Source: Malacoraja senta (lineage: Eukaryota). Taken from it: a stretch of 64,000 nucleotides of DNA. This document shows positions 1 to 12,300 of this stretch, piece after piece; positions within the stretch are counted from its first letter, which is position 1, and each line of letters begins with the position of its first letter. The notes beneath the pieces are model-generated. The model ran no database searches. It saw only the letters and a program-made list of their open reading frames with translations, and had not been told where the DNA came from. A program made the translations under genes and the position numbers. The stretch covers positions 69,006,001 to 69,070,000 of the forward strand of contig CM075979.1 in assembly GCA_038087875.1 (NCBI GenBank). Reading direction: 5' to 3'.

Positions 1-1627
1 CAGCGCCAGAGATCTGGGTTTGATCCTGACCATGGGTGCTTGTCAGCACGTTCTCCCTGCGAGAGTGTGGGTTTTCCCCGGGTGCTCTGGTTTCCTCCCA
101 CACTCTAAAGATGTGCAGGTTTGTAGGCTAATTGGCTTTGGTAAAATTGTAAATTGTCCCTAGTGTGTGTAGGATAGTGTTAGTGTGCGGGGATCGCTGG
201 TCCAAAGGGCCTGTTTCCGTGCTGCATCTCCAAACTAAACTAAATAGGCCACAGTTCCAACATCAGCCTCAACTGAGAGTTGTGAGTGTGGAATTCTCTG
301 CCTCAGAGGGCAGTGGAGGCCGGTTCTCTGGATACTTTCAAGAGAGAGCTAGATAGGGTTCTTAAAAATAGCGGAGTCAGGGGATATGGGGAGAAGGCAG
401 GAATGGGGTACTGATTGGGGATGATCAGCCATGATCACATTGAATGGGCGGTGCTGGCTCGAAGGGCCGAATGGCCTACTCCTGCACCTTTTGTAAATGA
501 AAATTGAAAATGAACGCTTAATTAGCAAGCTGCAGGGTCCGGTTGGGCGGCATAGCTGGTAGAGCTACTACCATCACAGTGCAAGAGGCTCAGTTTCGAT
601 CCTGACCTCGGGTGCTGTCTGTGTGGAGTTTACATGTTCTCCTTGTGACTGCATCAGTTCCCTCTGCATGCTCTGGTTTCCTCCCATGCCCCCAAAGATG
701 TGCAGCATTGTAGGATCATTGGCTTCTGTAAATTGCCTCTAGTGCTCAGAATGCCACAGTGGGATAACATAGAACAAGTGTACAGGTGATCGATGGTCGG
801 CACGGACTCGGTTGGCCGAAGCGCCTGTTTCCCAGCTGTATCTCTAAATCAAACCAAACAAATCATCTTCTCACGGGATGGTGATAAATTCTGGTCTTTC
901 CAACAATACCCAGATCCTAAAAATGGATTTAAAGATTTCTTAAACTTTGTCTTGGCTATCAGACATGTACCGCCCACACACTTCACAGCCCTGTGGCTGT
1001 ATTGTTGTAGCACAGGTGACTGGTCCAATATATTAAAGCCAGATCATCTACTCCTGGTATCCACAACTGGTTAGGATGGGCGTGAAAGGTTATGGGGAGA
1101 AGGGAGCAGATATTTATGATTCAGATGACTTTTCAATACTGAAAAGTAATACCAACTTTTGAGTTTGTGTAGGTTTGTGCAATGCGTTCCACAGATTCAT
1201 CACCTTCTGACTAAAGTGAGGTCTTGTTTTTTGTGAACTTTTGCTCGAACAGCAGACTATTTCAGACACAAAGAAAATTGCTAAAGGTTAAACAAAATGT
1301 TTTAAACTTTCATATACATAAATAAGCGAATGCACTCTAGCATCTTAAGCCAGGTTACTATTTTATTGAATGCATTGAGGAATTGTCACAGACAAATTTT
1401 ACAGTTGTTGCTTTGTTGGTCCTAACTTGGAACACAAATGCCTAGATTTAAAAAAAAATTAGGTTTAGAGATATAGCGTGGAAACAGGATCTTTGGCCCA
1501 CTGAGTCAAAGCTGACCAGCGATCTCCTGTACACTAGCAATATCCTACACACACAAGGGACAATTCAGGGCAGTCAATTAACCTACAAGCCTGTACATCT
1601 TTGGAGTGAGGGAGAAAACCAGAGCAC

Positions 1628-2400
1628 TTTGGTAGCAAAAACAGGAAGACAGATTATTATCTAAATGGTGCCAAGTTGGGAAAAGGGGAAGTACAACGGG
1701 ATCTGGGGGTCCTTGTTCATCAGTCAATAAAAGTAAGCATGCAGGTGCAGCAGGCAGTGAAGAAAGTGAATGGCATGTTGGCCTTCATAACAAGAGGAGT
1801 TGAGTATAGGAGCAAAGAGGTCTTTCTGCAGTTGTATCGGGTCCTAGTGAGACCACACCTGGAGTATTGTGTGCAGTTTTGGTCCCCTAATTTGAGGAAG
1901 GACATTAATGCTATTGAGGGAGTGCAGCATAGGTTTACAAGGTTAATTCCCGGGATGGCAGGACTGTCATATGCTGAGAGAATTGAGTGGCTGGGCTTGT
2001 ATACTCTGGAGTTTAGAAGGATGAGAGGGGATCTTATTGAAACATATAAGATTATTAAGGGTTTAGACATGCTAGAGGCAGGAAACATGTTCCCGAAGTT
2101 GGGGGAGTCCAGAACCAGGGGCCACTGTTTAAGAATAAGGGGTAAGCCATTTAGAACGGAGATGAGGAAACACTTTTCACACAGATGGTTGTGAGTCTGT
2201 GGAATTCTCTGCCTCAGAGGGCGATGGAGGCCGGTTCTCTCGATACTTTTAAGGAAGAGCTAGATAGGGCTCTTAAAGATAGCGGCGTCAGGGGATATGG
2301 GGAGAAGGCAGGAACGGGGTACTGATTGGGGATGATCAGCCATGATCACATTGAATGGCTGAATGGCCTACTCCTGCACCTATTGTCTATTGACTATTGT
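1628..2400 (+). mobile_element. CR1 LINE 3' fragment ((CTATTGT)n tail) inserted in a SINE
   Basis: ORF 1676..2194 is the CR1 RT C-terminus; the host SINE resumes at 2401. Confidence 0.93.
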
Positions 2401-2549
2401 CACCCGGAGAAAACCCACACGGTCACAGGGAGAAATGTAACTTTGTAGAGACAGCACCCATAGTCAGGATCGAACCTGGGTCTCTGGTGCTGTAAGGCAG
2501 CAACTGTGCCGCTGTGCCACTGTGCAACTCAAATTATTATTACCACCTA

Positions 2550-2589
<40 letters not shown>
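2550..2589. repeat. (TTA)n microsatellite
   Basis: Direct reading. Confidence 0.95.
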
Positions 2590-2590
<1 letters not shown>

Positions 2591-2608
2591 TGCATAATTA
2601 TTATTATA

Positions 2609-3019
2609 TTTATTACAATTTGCCCTGACCAGCTGCATATATGAAGATTCTCTTTTTCTATATATTAAGAGACTTCTAAAATTAGATATTGATGAGCCAT
2701 TTATTTGTGCTGCAGTACAGTCTGAGGAACAGTTACAAGGCAGGTTGAGAAGAAACATGGACCCACTGGACTTTAACAATAAAGTACAATGCTTTAAAGG
2801 AATATAAAAAAACACGTAAAATTGTTCCGTCAAGAGTCAAGTTTAAAACGTGAAGTGAATTGAAAAATTACCAAGAAGGAATACTTCTTAATCAGTAACA
2901 AGAATGTATTAACCACATCATATTTTTTTGATTTGATTTTTTTTGTGGACAGATTGTCGTTACAGATTGGACTCAAAAATAGTTCAGCTTTAAACATTTA
3001 CAACATTTTGCCTTTTATT
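2609..3019 (-). terminator. Candidate EPYC polyadenylation signals (AATAAA on minus strand at 3014-3019, 2700-2705, 2609-2614)
   Basis: tttatt hexamers in the AT-rich unique sequence after the stop codon; which one is used is unknown. Confidence 0.4.
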
Positions 3020-3203
3020 TTGTTGCCCAGCATTTCAAATGGAATTAGTTTGAACAGAATTATCTCTTCTTAATTATTTGTTTGTACATTAGATTGCATT
3101 TTAAAAGGTTCTTTGGGAAAGAAATCAGTTTGCCGTTGAAAATCCTAAACACGATAATATGAAACCTTTGTTTGCTGTCAACTGGTGACAGTATTACGGA
3201 TCT

Positions 3204-3371
3204 TTAATACTTGCCATAGGGCACCTGGGGCAGACAGATATAAGCATTGGGTGTTTTGCTAAGATTAATGGGATTTCCGTCCAGTCTAATTTGTTCAAGA
3301 GCCTTGCGAACATAATGAATGTCCTTCGAATTACAGAAAGTGTCATCATCAATCCGTTGTACATTGTTGTT
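3204..3371 (-). CDS. EPYC: EPYC last coding exon (NNNVQRIDDDTFCNSKDIHYVRKALEQIRLDGNPINLSKTPNAYICLPQVPYGKY*)
   Basis: ttcag acceptor at 3372, two C-terminal cysteines, TAA at 3206-3204. Confidence 0.95.
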   Translation of the reverse strand, partial: NNNVQRIDDDTFCNSKDIHYVRKALEQIRLDGNPINLSKTPNAYICLPQVPYGKY

Positions 3372-6300
3372 CTGAAATGAAAAGAAGATAAATTATTACC
3401 TTAGTTTAATACTAAACAATCTTTGTTTAGTATTAATCAACTCTCCTCTTTATATCCATTCATGGCAGTTTTGCGAGCTTCTACTAACCCATAAGACCAT
3501 AAGACTTTAGACTTACAGCGTGGAAACAGGCCCTTTGGCCCACCGAGCCCGAGCCAACCAGCGATCACCCAGTACATTAACACTATCCAACACACTGGCG
3601 ACAATTTACATTTATTTTACTGAAGCCGATTAATTTACAAACCCACAAGTTTTGGAGTGTGGGAGGAAACCGGAGCACCCGGAGTAAACCCTCGCGGTCA
3701 CAGGGAGAATGTACAAACTCCGTACAGACAGCATCCGTAGTCAGGATCAAACCCGGATCTCTGGCGCTGAGACGGCAACTCCACTGCTGCGCCACTGTGC
3801 CGAATTTACAGTGGGCAATTGACCTACCAACTCACACATCTATTGGAGGTGGGAGGAAACCGAATACCCGGAGGAAACCCACTTGGTAATGGGGAAAACG
3901 TATAAACTCTACACATAGAACCACTGGAGGTCGGGATCGAACCTGTGTTGCTGTAGCAGTGAGCTCCATTAGCAGCTGCACTATCCCACCCAATAGGCAG
4001 TTACGCCCTGAAATTCCCGCCGTTAACCTTATAACCAGAAAGGAACGGAAAGGAGAAGAATCTCTATCAAGTCTCATAATGTTTTCTGATAGAGAACATG
4101 ACACCTAGAGTCATAGAGTCATACAGTGTGGAAACAGGCCCATTGGCCAAACTTGCCCACACCGATGAACTGTGCTTCTCCTTCCCGTTCCTGTCTGGTT
4201 ATAAGGTTAAAGGCAATTTCAGGGAGTAACTGCCAGTTGGGTGGGATGGTGCAGCAGCTAATGGGGCCCACTGCTACAGCAACATGGGTTCGAGCCCGGC
4301 CACCAGTGTTCTATGCGTGGAGTTTGCGCATTCGCAGTGTACCCAATCTACACATTTGGCCCATATCACTCTAAGCCTATCCTACCCATTCACCTGTCTA
4401 AAGGTTTCTTAAATGTCACAATAGTACATGCCTCAACTACCTCCTCCAGCAGCTCGTTCCTTACACTCACCACCCTTTGTGTCAAAAAGTTATACCAATG
4501 GTTCTGATTAAATCTTGTCCCCCTCGCCTTAAACCAATGTCCTCTGGTTCTCGATTCCCCTACTCTGGGCAAGTGACTGTGCATTTACCTGATCTATTCC
4601 TCTCATGATTTTGTACACCTCTGTAAGATCACTCCTCATCCTCCTGCACTCCAAGGAATAGAGTGCTAGCATGCTATAACCTTTCCCTATAGGTCAGGCC
4701 CTTGAGTCCTGGCAGCATCCTCGTAAATCTTCTCTTTACCCTTGATAGACACAAAAAGCTGGAGTAACACAACGGTTCAGGCAGCATCTCTGGAGAAAAG
4801 GAACGGGTGATGTTTTGGGTCAAGACCCTTCTTCAGATGTCTGAACTCGAAATCTCACCCACTCCTTCTCACTGCCTGACCCACCGAGTTACTCCAGCTT
4901 TTTGTGTCTATCTTCGGTTTAAACCAGCATCTGCAGTTTCTTCCTACACATTTTATCTGCACTCCTTCCAGCTTGACAACATCTTTCCTGTAACATGGTG
5001 CCCAAAACTGAATTAATACTCTAAATGTGGCCTCACCAACGCCTTATGTAACTGCAACATAACCTCCCAACTTCTATACTCAATACTCTGACTGAATAAT
5101 CTGTATCCATGTTCAATCCAGCTTCTCCCACCACCCACCAACCAGCTCCGGAGATTGTTTGCACAAGGAACTGCAGGTGCTGGAATTGCAGTCACATCTA
5201 TGGCAGTGTCCCACCCCCAGCTTTCTCCCCCCTCCTCCTCTCCTCCAAAAACTACAAACAGTCTGAAGAAGGGTCCCAACCAAAATGTCGCCTATCCATG
5301 ACCTCCAGGGGTGCTGCCTGACCCACTGAGTTCCTCCAGCACGTTTCTTTGCTCAAGATTCAAACATCTGCAGTTTCTTGTTTTCTCCCCGCATGTATAT
5401 TAAGATCAGGATCTCACTGGGAAAAAATAATAATGTTCTAAATCTGTCCAGTAATTTCTTCAAATTTGGCATCTTCCAATGGACTCTGTTCTTTACAAGA
5501 GAATTAAAGAGTGATTTTACTCTGTACTTTACCAGGGATTTTCACGCTGATCACAAGAGATCTACACTATGCATGAAGTATCTTTTTACCTGTAGATTAA
5601 TAGAACGCAGGCTTTCAGGCAGAGGAAGTGGAACGTAACTCAATGCATTGCCAGCCAGGTACAGAAACGCAAGGTTACTCATGTCCTGTAAAAAGAAGAA
5701 AATTAAATTGTGAGGAAAAAATTGTCCAACACAAGTAATTAGCACTATGCCACATAACCATATAATCTGGTTTTCTTAATGATGTTGGTTGAGAATTGAA
5801 ATAAAGAACAGGAGAAAAAGGACTATTGCTCAGTAAAATAGCGTTGCAGGATCTTTTATGTCCAGCTGCCACTACAGTTGATGTCTCAGTGATGTTGTTA
5901 AACTGGAAAGGCTGCAGAAAATGTTTACGATGAGGTTGCCAGGACTCCAGGGTCTGAGCTACAGGGAGAGGTTGAGCAGGCTAGGACTTTATTCCTTGGA
6001 GCGCAGGAGGATTAGCGGTGATCATCTCGGGGTGTACAAAATCATGAGAGACGTTTAAGAAACATTTAGACCGGTACATGTATAGGAGAGGTTTAAGGGG
6101 ATATGAGCCAAATGCAGTCAGGTAGGACTAGTGTTGATGGGACATGTTGGTCGGTGTGGGCAAGTTGGGTTGAAGGGCCTGTTTCCAGGCTGCATGACTC
6201 TATGACAATGAATAGATAGCGTAAATGCACAATGTCTTTTACCCAGAGTAAGGGAATCGAGAACCAGAGGATATAGGTTTGTTGAGGAGGGAAAGATTTA

Positions 6301-9300
6301 ATAGGAACCTGAGGGGTAACATTTTTACACAAAGGGTGGTGGGTGTATGGAATGAGCTGCGGAGGTAGTTGATGCAGGGTCCATTGCAGCGCTTAAGAAA
6401 CATTTGGACGGGTACATGGATAAGACAGGTTTAGAGGGATTTGGGCTAAATGCAGGCAGGTGAGACTAGTATAGATGGGGCACGTTGGTGGATTTGGGCA
6501 AGTTGGGCTGAAGGGCCTGTTTTCAGGCTACATGACTATGACCCTATGACGTAACTGAAGACAAGTTATAATATTAATCAATCCCTCAGTTAGGGAGAAA
6601 GCAAGGCGGCAACTACATTGACAAAGAATTCTTTGAAAGGAGCGAGTGTTTGCTATGATTAGACAGCAACTGTAGCATAGCTCAATCACATTATGTGTGG
6701 AGTTTATCAAGAGCAAAACTTGATTGAGAAAATATGGCAAAAACATAATTATTTTTGAAGTGTGACACTTCATGGGCAAATTTAGTTTAGTTTAGTTTAT
6801 TGTCACATGTACCGAGTTTGCATGCTAACCAGTCAGCCGAAAGACTGCACGATTACAGTCGGGATGTCCATAGTGTACAGATACAGAATAAAGAGAATAA
6901 CGTTTCGTGCAAGATTAAATTGCAATAATATTGGAAAAAATCCAAGTAAGTAGAGGCGGCACAGTGGCGCAGTGGTAGAGTTGCTGCCTCACAGCACCAG
7001 AGACCCGGGTTCAATCCTGACTACAGGTGCTGTCTGTGATGGATTTTCCCCCGTGACCATGTGAGTTCCCTCTGGATGCTTTAATTTGCTCCCACATTCC
7101 AAAGACGTACAGGATTTGGAGGTGAATTGGATTCTACAAATTGTAAATTGTCCCTAGTGTGTAGGATAGTGATAGTGTACGGGGTGATCGCTGGTCGGCG
7201 CCGTCTCAGTGGGCGGAAGGGCCTGTTTCCACGCTGTACCTCTAAACTCAATTAAACTCAACTAAAGTCAACTCACCTAAACTATACTGAACCAAACCAC
7301 ACTAAACCAAACTCAACTAAATATTTAAAAGAAAAGATGTATTTATGTGTGTAATAATGAGACTTACTTTGAATGCCTCTTTTTTTATCCCATTGCTGTG
7401 TAGTTTATTGTAACTTGCATCAATGTTGACCATAGATTTCGGCAGCTCAGGAAGCTGAACAAGTTCGTTAGAAGCGATCATTAGATCCACCAAATCAGGC
7501 AGCTGTCTTAAAGCATCTTCATCGATTGAAGAGATCCTATTACCTGTTACGTCAATCCTCTTTAGATGATCTAAAATGACAATGCACTGTTAAAATACCG
7601 TGGAAATAAAGCTTAATAATATCTTCATGACTCTTTATGTCAGTGGTCTTCTATTTAGGCTTTAGCCAAAGATTAAACATTTGAAATTAACCCGGAGGTA
7701 ACACTAATAGGGGTTGCTCATGGCTAAACCTTTTCCCCGTTTGCAACAGCGGTAGAGTTGCTGCCTTACAACCGACAGAAACTCGGATTCCATCCTGTCT
7801 GTAAGGAGTTTGTATGTTCCCCCCCTGACCACATGGTTATTCTCCGGGTGCTCCGGTTTACAGGTTTGTAGGTTCTGAAAATTGTAAAATTGTCCCTAGT
7901 TTGTAGGATAGTGCTAGAGTATGGGGTGATCGCTGGTTGGAGTAGACTTGGTGCACCGATGGGCCTCTTTCTCAAACGTCTGAAGTCTAAAGGTAATATT
8001 ACCACACAAGGAGGAATAATCATCAGATTCCTTCACTATTTTGGAGGACTATTAAAATGCCTTTGCTTTTGCTTTTGGATTGTTTCTCTTCCCTGCACCC
8101 ATATTGTATGCCCCGTAAGGTTGTGGGGAAGAGGTAACAGCGGAGAGTGAAGTAAAGCCAAGGATGGATTCATTCAAACATTGGGATGAGCTCAACAAAG
8201 GTAAATGCCTAGAAAACTTTAGAAATTTATGCTGTCTAGTTCTTCAACACAAAGATTCACCAAAGCAGTATCAGACTAATTTTCAGCTTTATCACGTGCT
8301 ATTTTCAACATTATCTGAAAAAATATAACTGAAGGCATAAAGCAAATTAACATCATTATTATTTTTTTTAACTCAGTCAATGTTATGGGACAAGAAAGAC
8401 ATTTTTGTCTGCAGAGAGACAGGAATCGGTTTAGTTGTTGGTCTGCCACTTGGTAAAAACAGCAAACTCATGAGTGCGTACAATCAGTATGGGGAATCGC
8501 ATGACTTGTGGCACTTTTGATATGGAAAGTGCATCAGGAACACCGCTGGAAGAATCAGCCACATTTCTGGTTAGTTTCAGTTTCAGTTTCAGTTTAGTTT
8601 ATTGTCACGTCTACCAAGGTACAGTGAAATGCTTTTTGTTGCGTGCTAACCAGTCAGCAGAAAGACAATATATGAATACAACCCAATCCATTTACAGTGT
8701 ATTGATACATGATAAGGGAATAACGTTTAGTGCAAGATAAAGCCAGAAAAGTCTGGTCAAGGATAGTCCGAGGGACATCAAAGAGGTAGATAGCAGTTCA
8801 GCACTGCTCTCTGGTTGTGGTAGGATGATTCAGTTGCTTGATAACAGCTGGGAAGAAACTGTCCCTAAATCTGGAGGAGTGCATTTTCACACTTCTGTAC
8901 TTCTTGCCTGATGGGAGAGGGGAGAAGAGGGAGTGGCCAGGGTGCGACATCCTTAATTATGCTGCTGACCTTGCCAAGGCAGCATGAGGTGTGAATGGAA
9001 TCAATAGAAGGGAGATTGGTTTGTGTGACGGCCTGGGATGCTTCCACAATTCGCTGCAATTTCTTACAGTCCTGGATGGAGCTGTTCCCAAACCAAGCTG
9101 TGATGCATCCTGATAAAATGCTTTCTATGGTGCATCTGTAGAGGTTGGTGAGAGTTGTAGGGGGTAGGGGCCAAAATTGTAATTGTGGTCCATTAATAAA
9201 GAAAAAATCAATATGTAGCAATGGAGAATACACTGATTGAATCCCTTGGCTTGTCTTTCCTTTCACGTTTCTTATCAGACATCATCAGGGGTGTCACAGT

Positions 9301-12300
9301 GGGGCAGTGGTAGAGTTGAAGCCTTACAGAGCCAGAGACCTGGGTTCGATCCTGACTATGGGTGCTGTCTGTATGGATATTGTACGTTCTCCCTGTGATC
9401 ATGTGGGTTTTCTCCGGATGCTCCGGTTTCCTCCCACACTCCAAAGATGTGTAAGTTAATAGGCTTTGGTAAAATTGTAAATTGTAAATTCTCCCTAGTG
9501 TGTGTCGGACAGTGTTAGTGTACGGGGTGATCGCTAGTCAGCGCGTACTTGGTGGTCCGAAGGGCCTGTTTCTACGCTGTATCTCTAAAGTCTAAATCAT
9601 AGATATTGTAGATGCCAATACACTGTATTCTCTCAAAATGATAAAAATAAAACTCACAACATAAATTCTCCAACGTAGACAAAAGTGCTGGAGAAACTCA
9701 GCGGGTGCTCCCCGAATAATATAGGAGCGATTATTCTCTCTCCAATAAATTTGAATAATAAAAATTATAATAAAAATCCAATTATATATAGCACTATTAG
9801 AACATGGAAGCAAATAAAACAGAATCTAAAATTAAGAAACCTATCTCTCTTAATACCAATAGTCAATAACCCATCGTTTAAACCTTCAATCATAGATAAA
9901 GCATTTATACAATGGGAAAGAATGGGAATTAAAACGCTCGAAGATCTGTATGAATTAGAAAAATTACTATCATTCCAACAACTACAACTGAAATATAATT
10001 TGAAAAATAATCAATATTTTAAATATCTACAAATCTGTGACTATTTGAAAACACACACAAAAGATTATTATAATATGCCTTCCGACTTACTAGATGAAGC
10101 AATGAAGACAAAGGCGGAATCAGTTAATTTAATATCATACTTATATAATATCATCTTAAATATAGAAATACCCACAACAGATGGAATTAGAAGAGATTGG
10201 GAACAAGATCTAGGTATAAAAATTTCAAAAGAGAGTTGGGATAATCATTTATTACAGGTGCATAAATGCTCGATCAACGTACGACATACGCTTATCCAAT
10301 TTAAAACATTACATAGATTATATTATTCAAAAACCAAACTAAATAAAATCTTTCCTAACGTCTCACCAATCTGTGATAAATGTATATGTCAAGAAGCTAC
10401 CATAGCACATTCTTTTGTTTTTTGTACAAAAATCCAAAAATTCTGGTTTGAAATATTTGATATTTTTTCAAAATTAATCAAAATAAAACTGGTACCAAAA
10501 CCAGAATGGATTATTTTTGGAATATCGGAAGGTATTCCTGAATTAAACGTGTATCAGAAGAATTTACTCAATTATGGGCTAATAATGGGAAAAAAGCTTA
10601 TACTTAAATTCTGGAAAAATGCGCCCACACCAACAATAAAAATGTGGACATCAAATATGTTGGAAACATTACATCTGGAAGAGATGAGATTCCTCCTAGT
10701 AGGCAAAGTAGATCAATTTCAAAAGACGTGGTCTACGTTTTTGGACCTATTACAAGCATGAGGTGCAATAGTAATTTAGAAAAACAAATAAATAAATAAA
10801 AGGTATCTGGACCTGGTAATGGGAGGTAAAATAAAAACAGACTTGGTTGGTAGTTCCTTCTCTATGAAGTATGGTATAAGAATTATAATAGAGCGATTGT
10901 TCCTTCTTTCTTTCTCTTTTTTTTTCTAGGGTCTATTTTCTAACTTTACTTCCTTCTCTAACTTCTTTTCTAAGGGGCTTTCTTTTCCCAACACTCTTTT
11001 GCACTTCACAACCTTTGTGCACTTTCTTCACTTTTCTTACTTCTTTCTTTTTCTTTCTTAAAGTTTAAAAAAGTGAAGCGGTACAAAAAATGTATTAATA
11101 TATACGTGTTGTACATTACTGTAATCTACCGTACTTCTAAAAAATAAAAAAAAAAAAAAAAAAAATAATAAAAAAAAAAAAAAGAAACTCAGCGGGTGGA
11201 GCAGCATCTATGGAGCGAAGGAAATAGGCAAAGTTTCGGGCCGAAACCCTTCTTCAGAAGAAGAAGGGTCTGAAGAAAGGTTTTGGCCCGAAACGTTGCC
11301 TATTTCCTTCGCTCCATAGATGCTGTCGCACCCGCTGAGTTTCTCCAGCACTTTTGTCTACCTTAGATTTTCCAGCATCTGCAGTTCCTTCTTAAACATA
11401 AAGTTCTCCAACCACAGGTTTAAAAGTACTGTAGTCTCCTGTGTCAAATGACTTGACTTTGTCTGATAATGTGCGTTTAATATACTTAAATATTTCTCTG
11501 GTGATTCTAAATGAAAGGTAGAGCTTCCATTTTCCACTTTTATTTATAATAATATAGTTAATTTGTATTTGAGCTCTGTCTTCATGGGAAGGTGGTATTT
11601 CTGGGCGGGACCCTTCTTCAGATTGATTAGATGGGGGTGTGGGGAAGAAAGCTAGGAGAGAGGAGAGGCCGGACAAAGTGTGGCATGTAATAGGTGGACA
11701 CAGGCGAGGGGGGTTTTGATAGGCAGATGGTTGGAACAAAGGCCAGAGATTAAAAAAGAGTCTCGACCTGAAACGTCAACTATGCATGTTCTTCAGAGAT
11801 GCTGCCTGACCTGCTGAGTTACTCCAGCACTTTGTGTCTTTTTTTGTTGTTGCATTAACCAGCATCTGCAGCTCTTAGTTTCTACATGTAGCATTCATTT
11901 ATAGTTGACCTGAATCCTAATTTGATTTATTAAAGGCATTCGTCATGCCCTGAAAGTTAAGGTTCATCTCCCACAGTAAAAGGACAAACTTTACAGGTTC
12001 ACCATCATTTTCCCAGCATCCTTGCTTCCAGACCCTTGCTGGATTATCCACTTTGTTGGACCGACAGAGGTCACGGCCTCCAAGAGGAGTTGAGATCCGA
12101 TGGTGCTGAGATACCGGACCGCAAAGTTGTCCTGTGAGGTCGGCTGGGGGAATGGATCTGCTTGCTTTAACCGGGCTGGAGTTCCAGAGCTCCAGCCGCA
12201 TGGGGCAAATTCGACCCGCTGATTGGCCGCGGATGTCCCGATGAGGTCGAGATCAACCGCCTCATCCGGCCTAGGCGCCACATTTTCGGGGGGACTTCCG

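Noticed and set aside
1720-2088. Antisense ORFs over CR1 copies and the many short SINE-derived ORFs
   Set aside because: By-products of repeat sequence; the same peptides recur at every copy.
6955-7030. tRNA genes
   Set aside because: tRNA-like A/B boxes are SINE heads that continue into the V core and LINE tail.
9685-10761. 358-aa ORF as a host gene
   Set aside because: It is an L1 ORF2 C-terminus; the apparent start lies in the flanking repeat, and poly(A) and a TSD follow.
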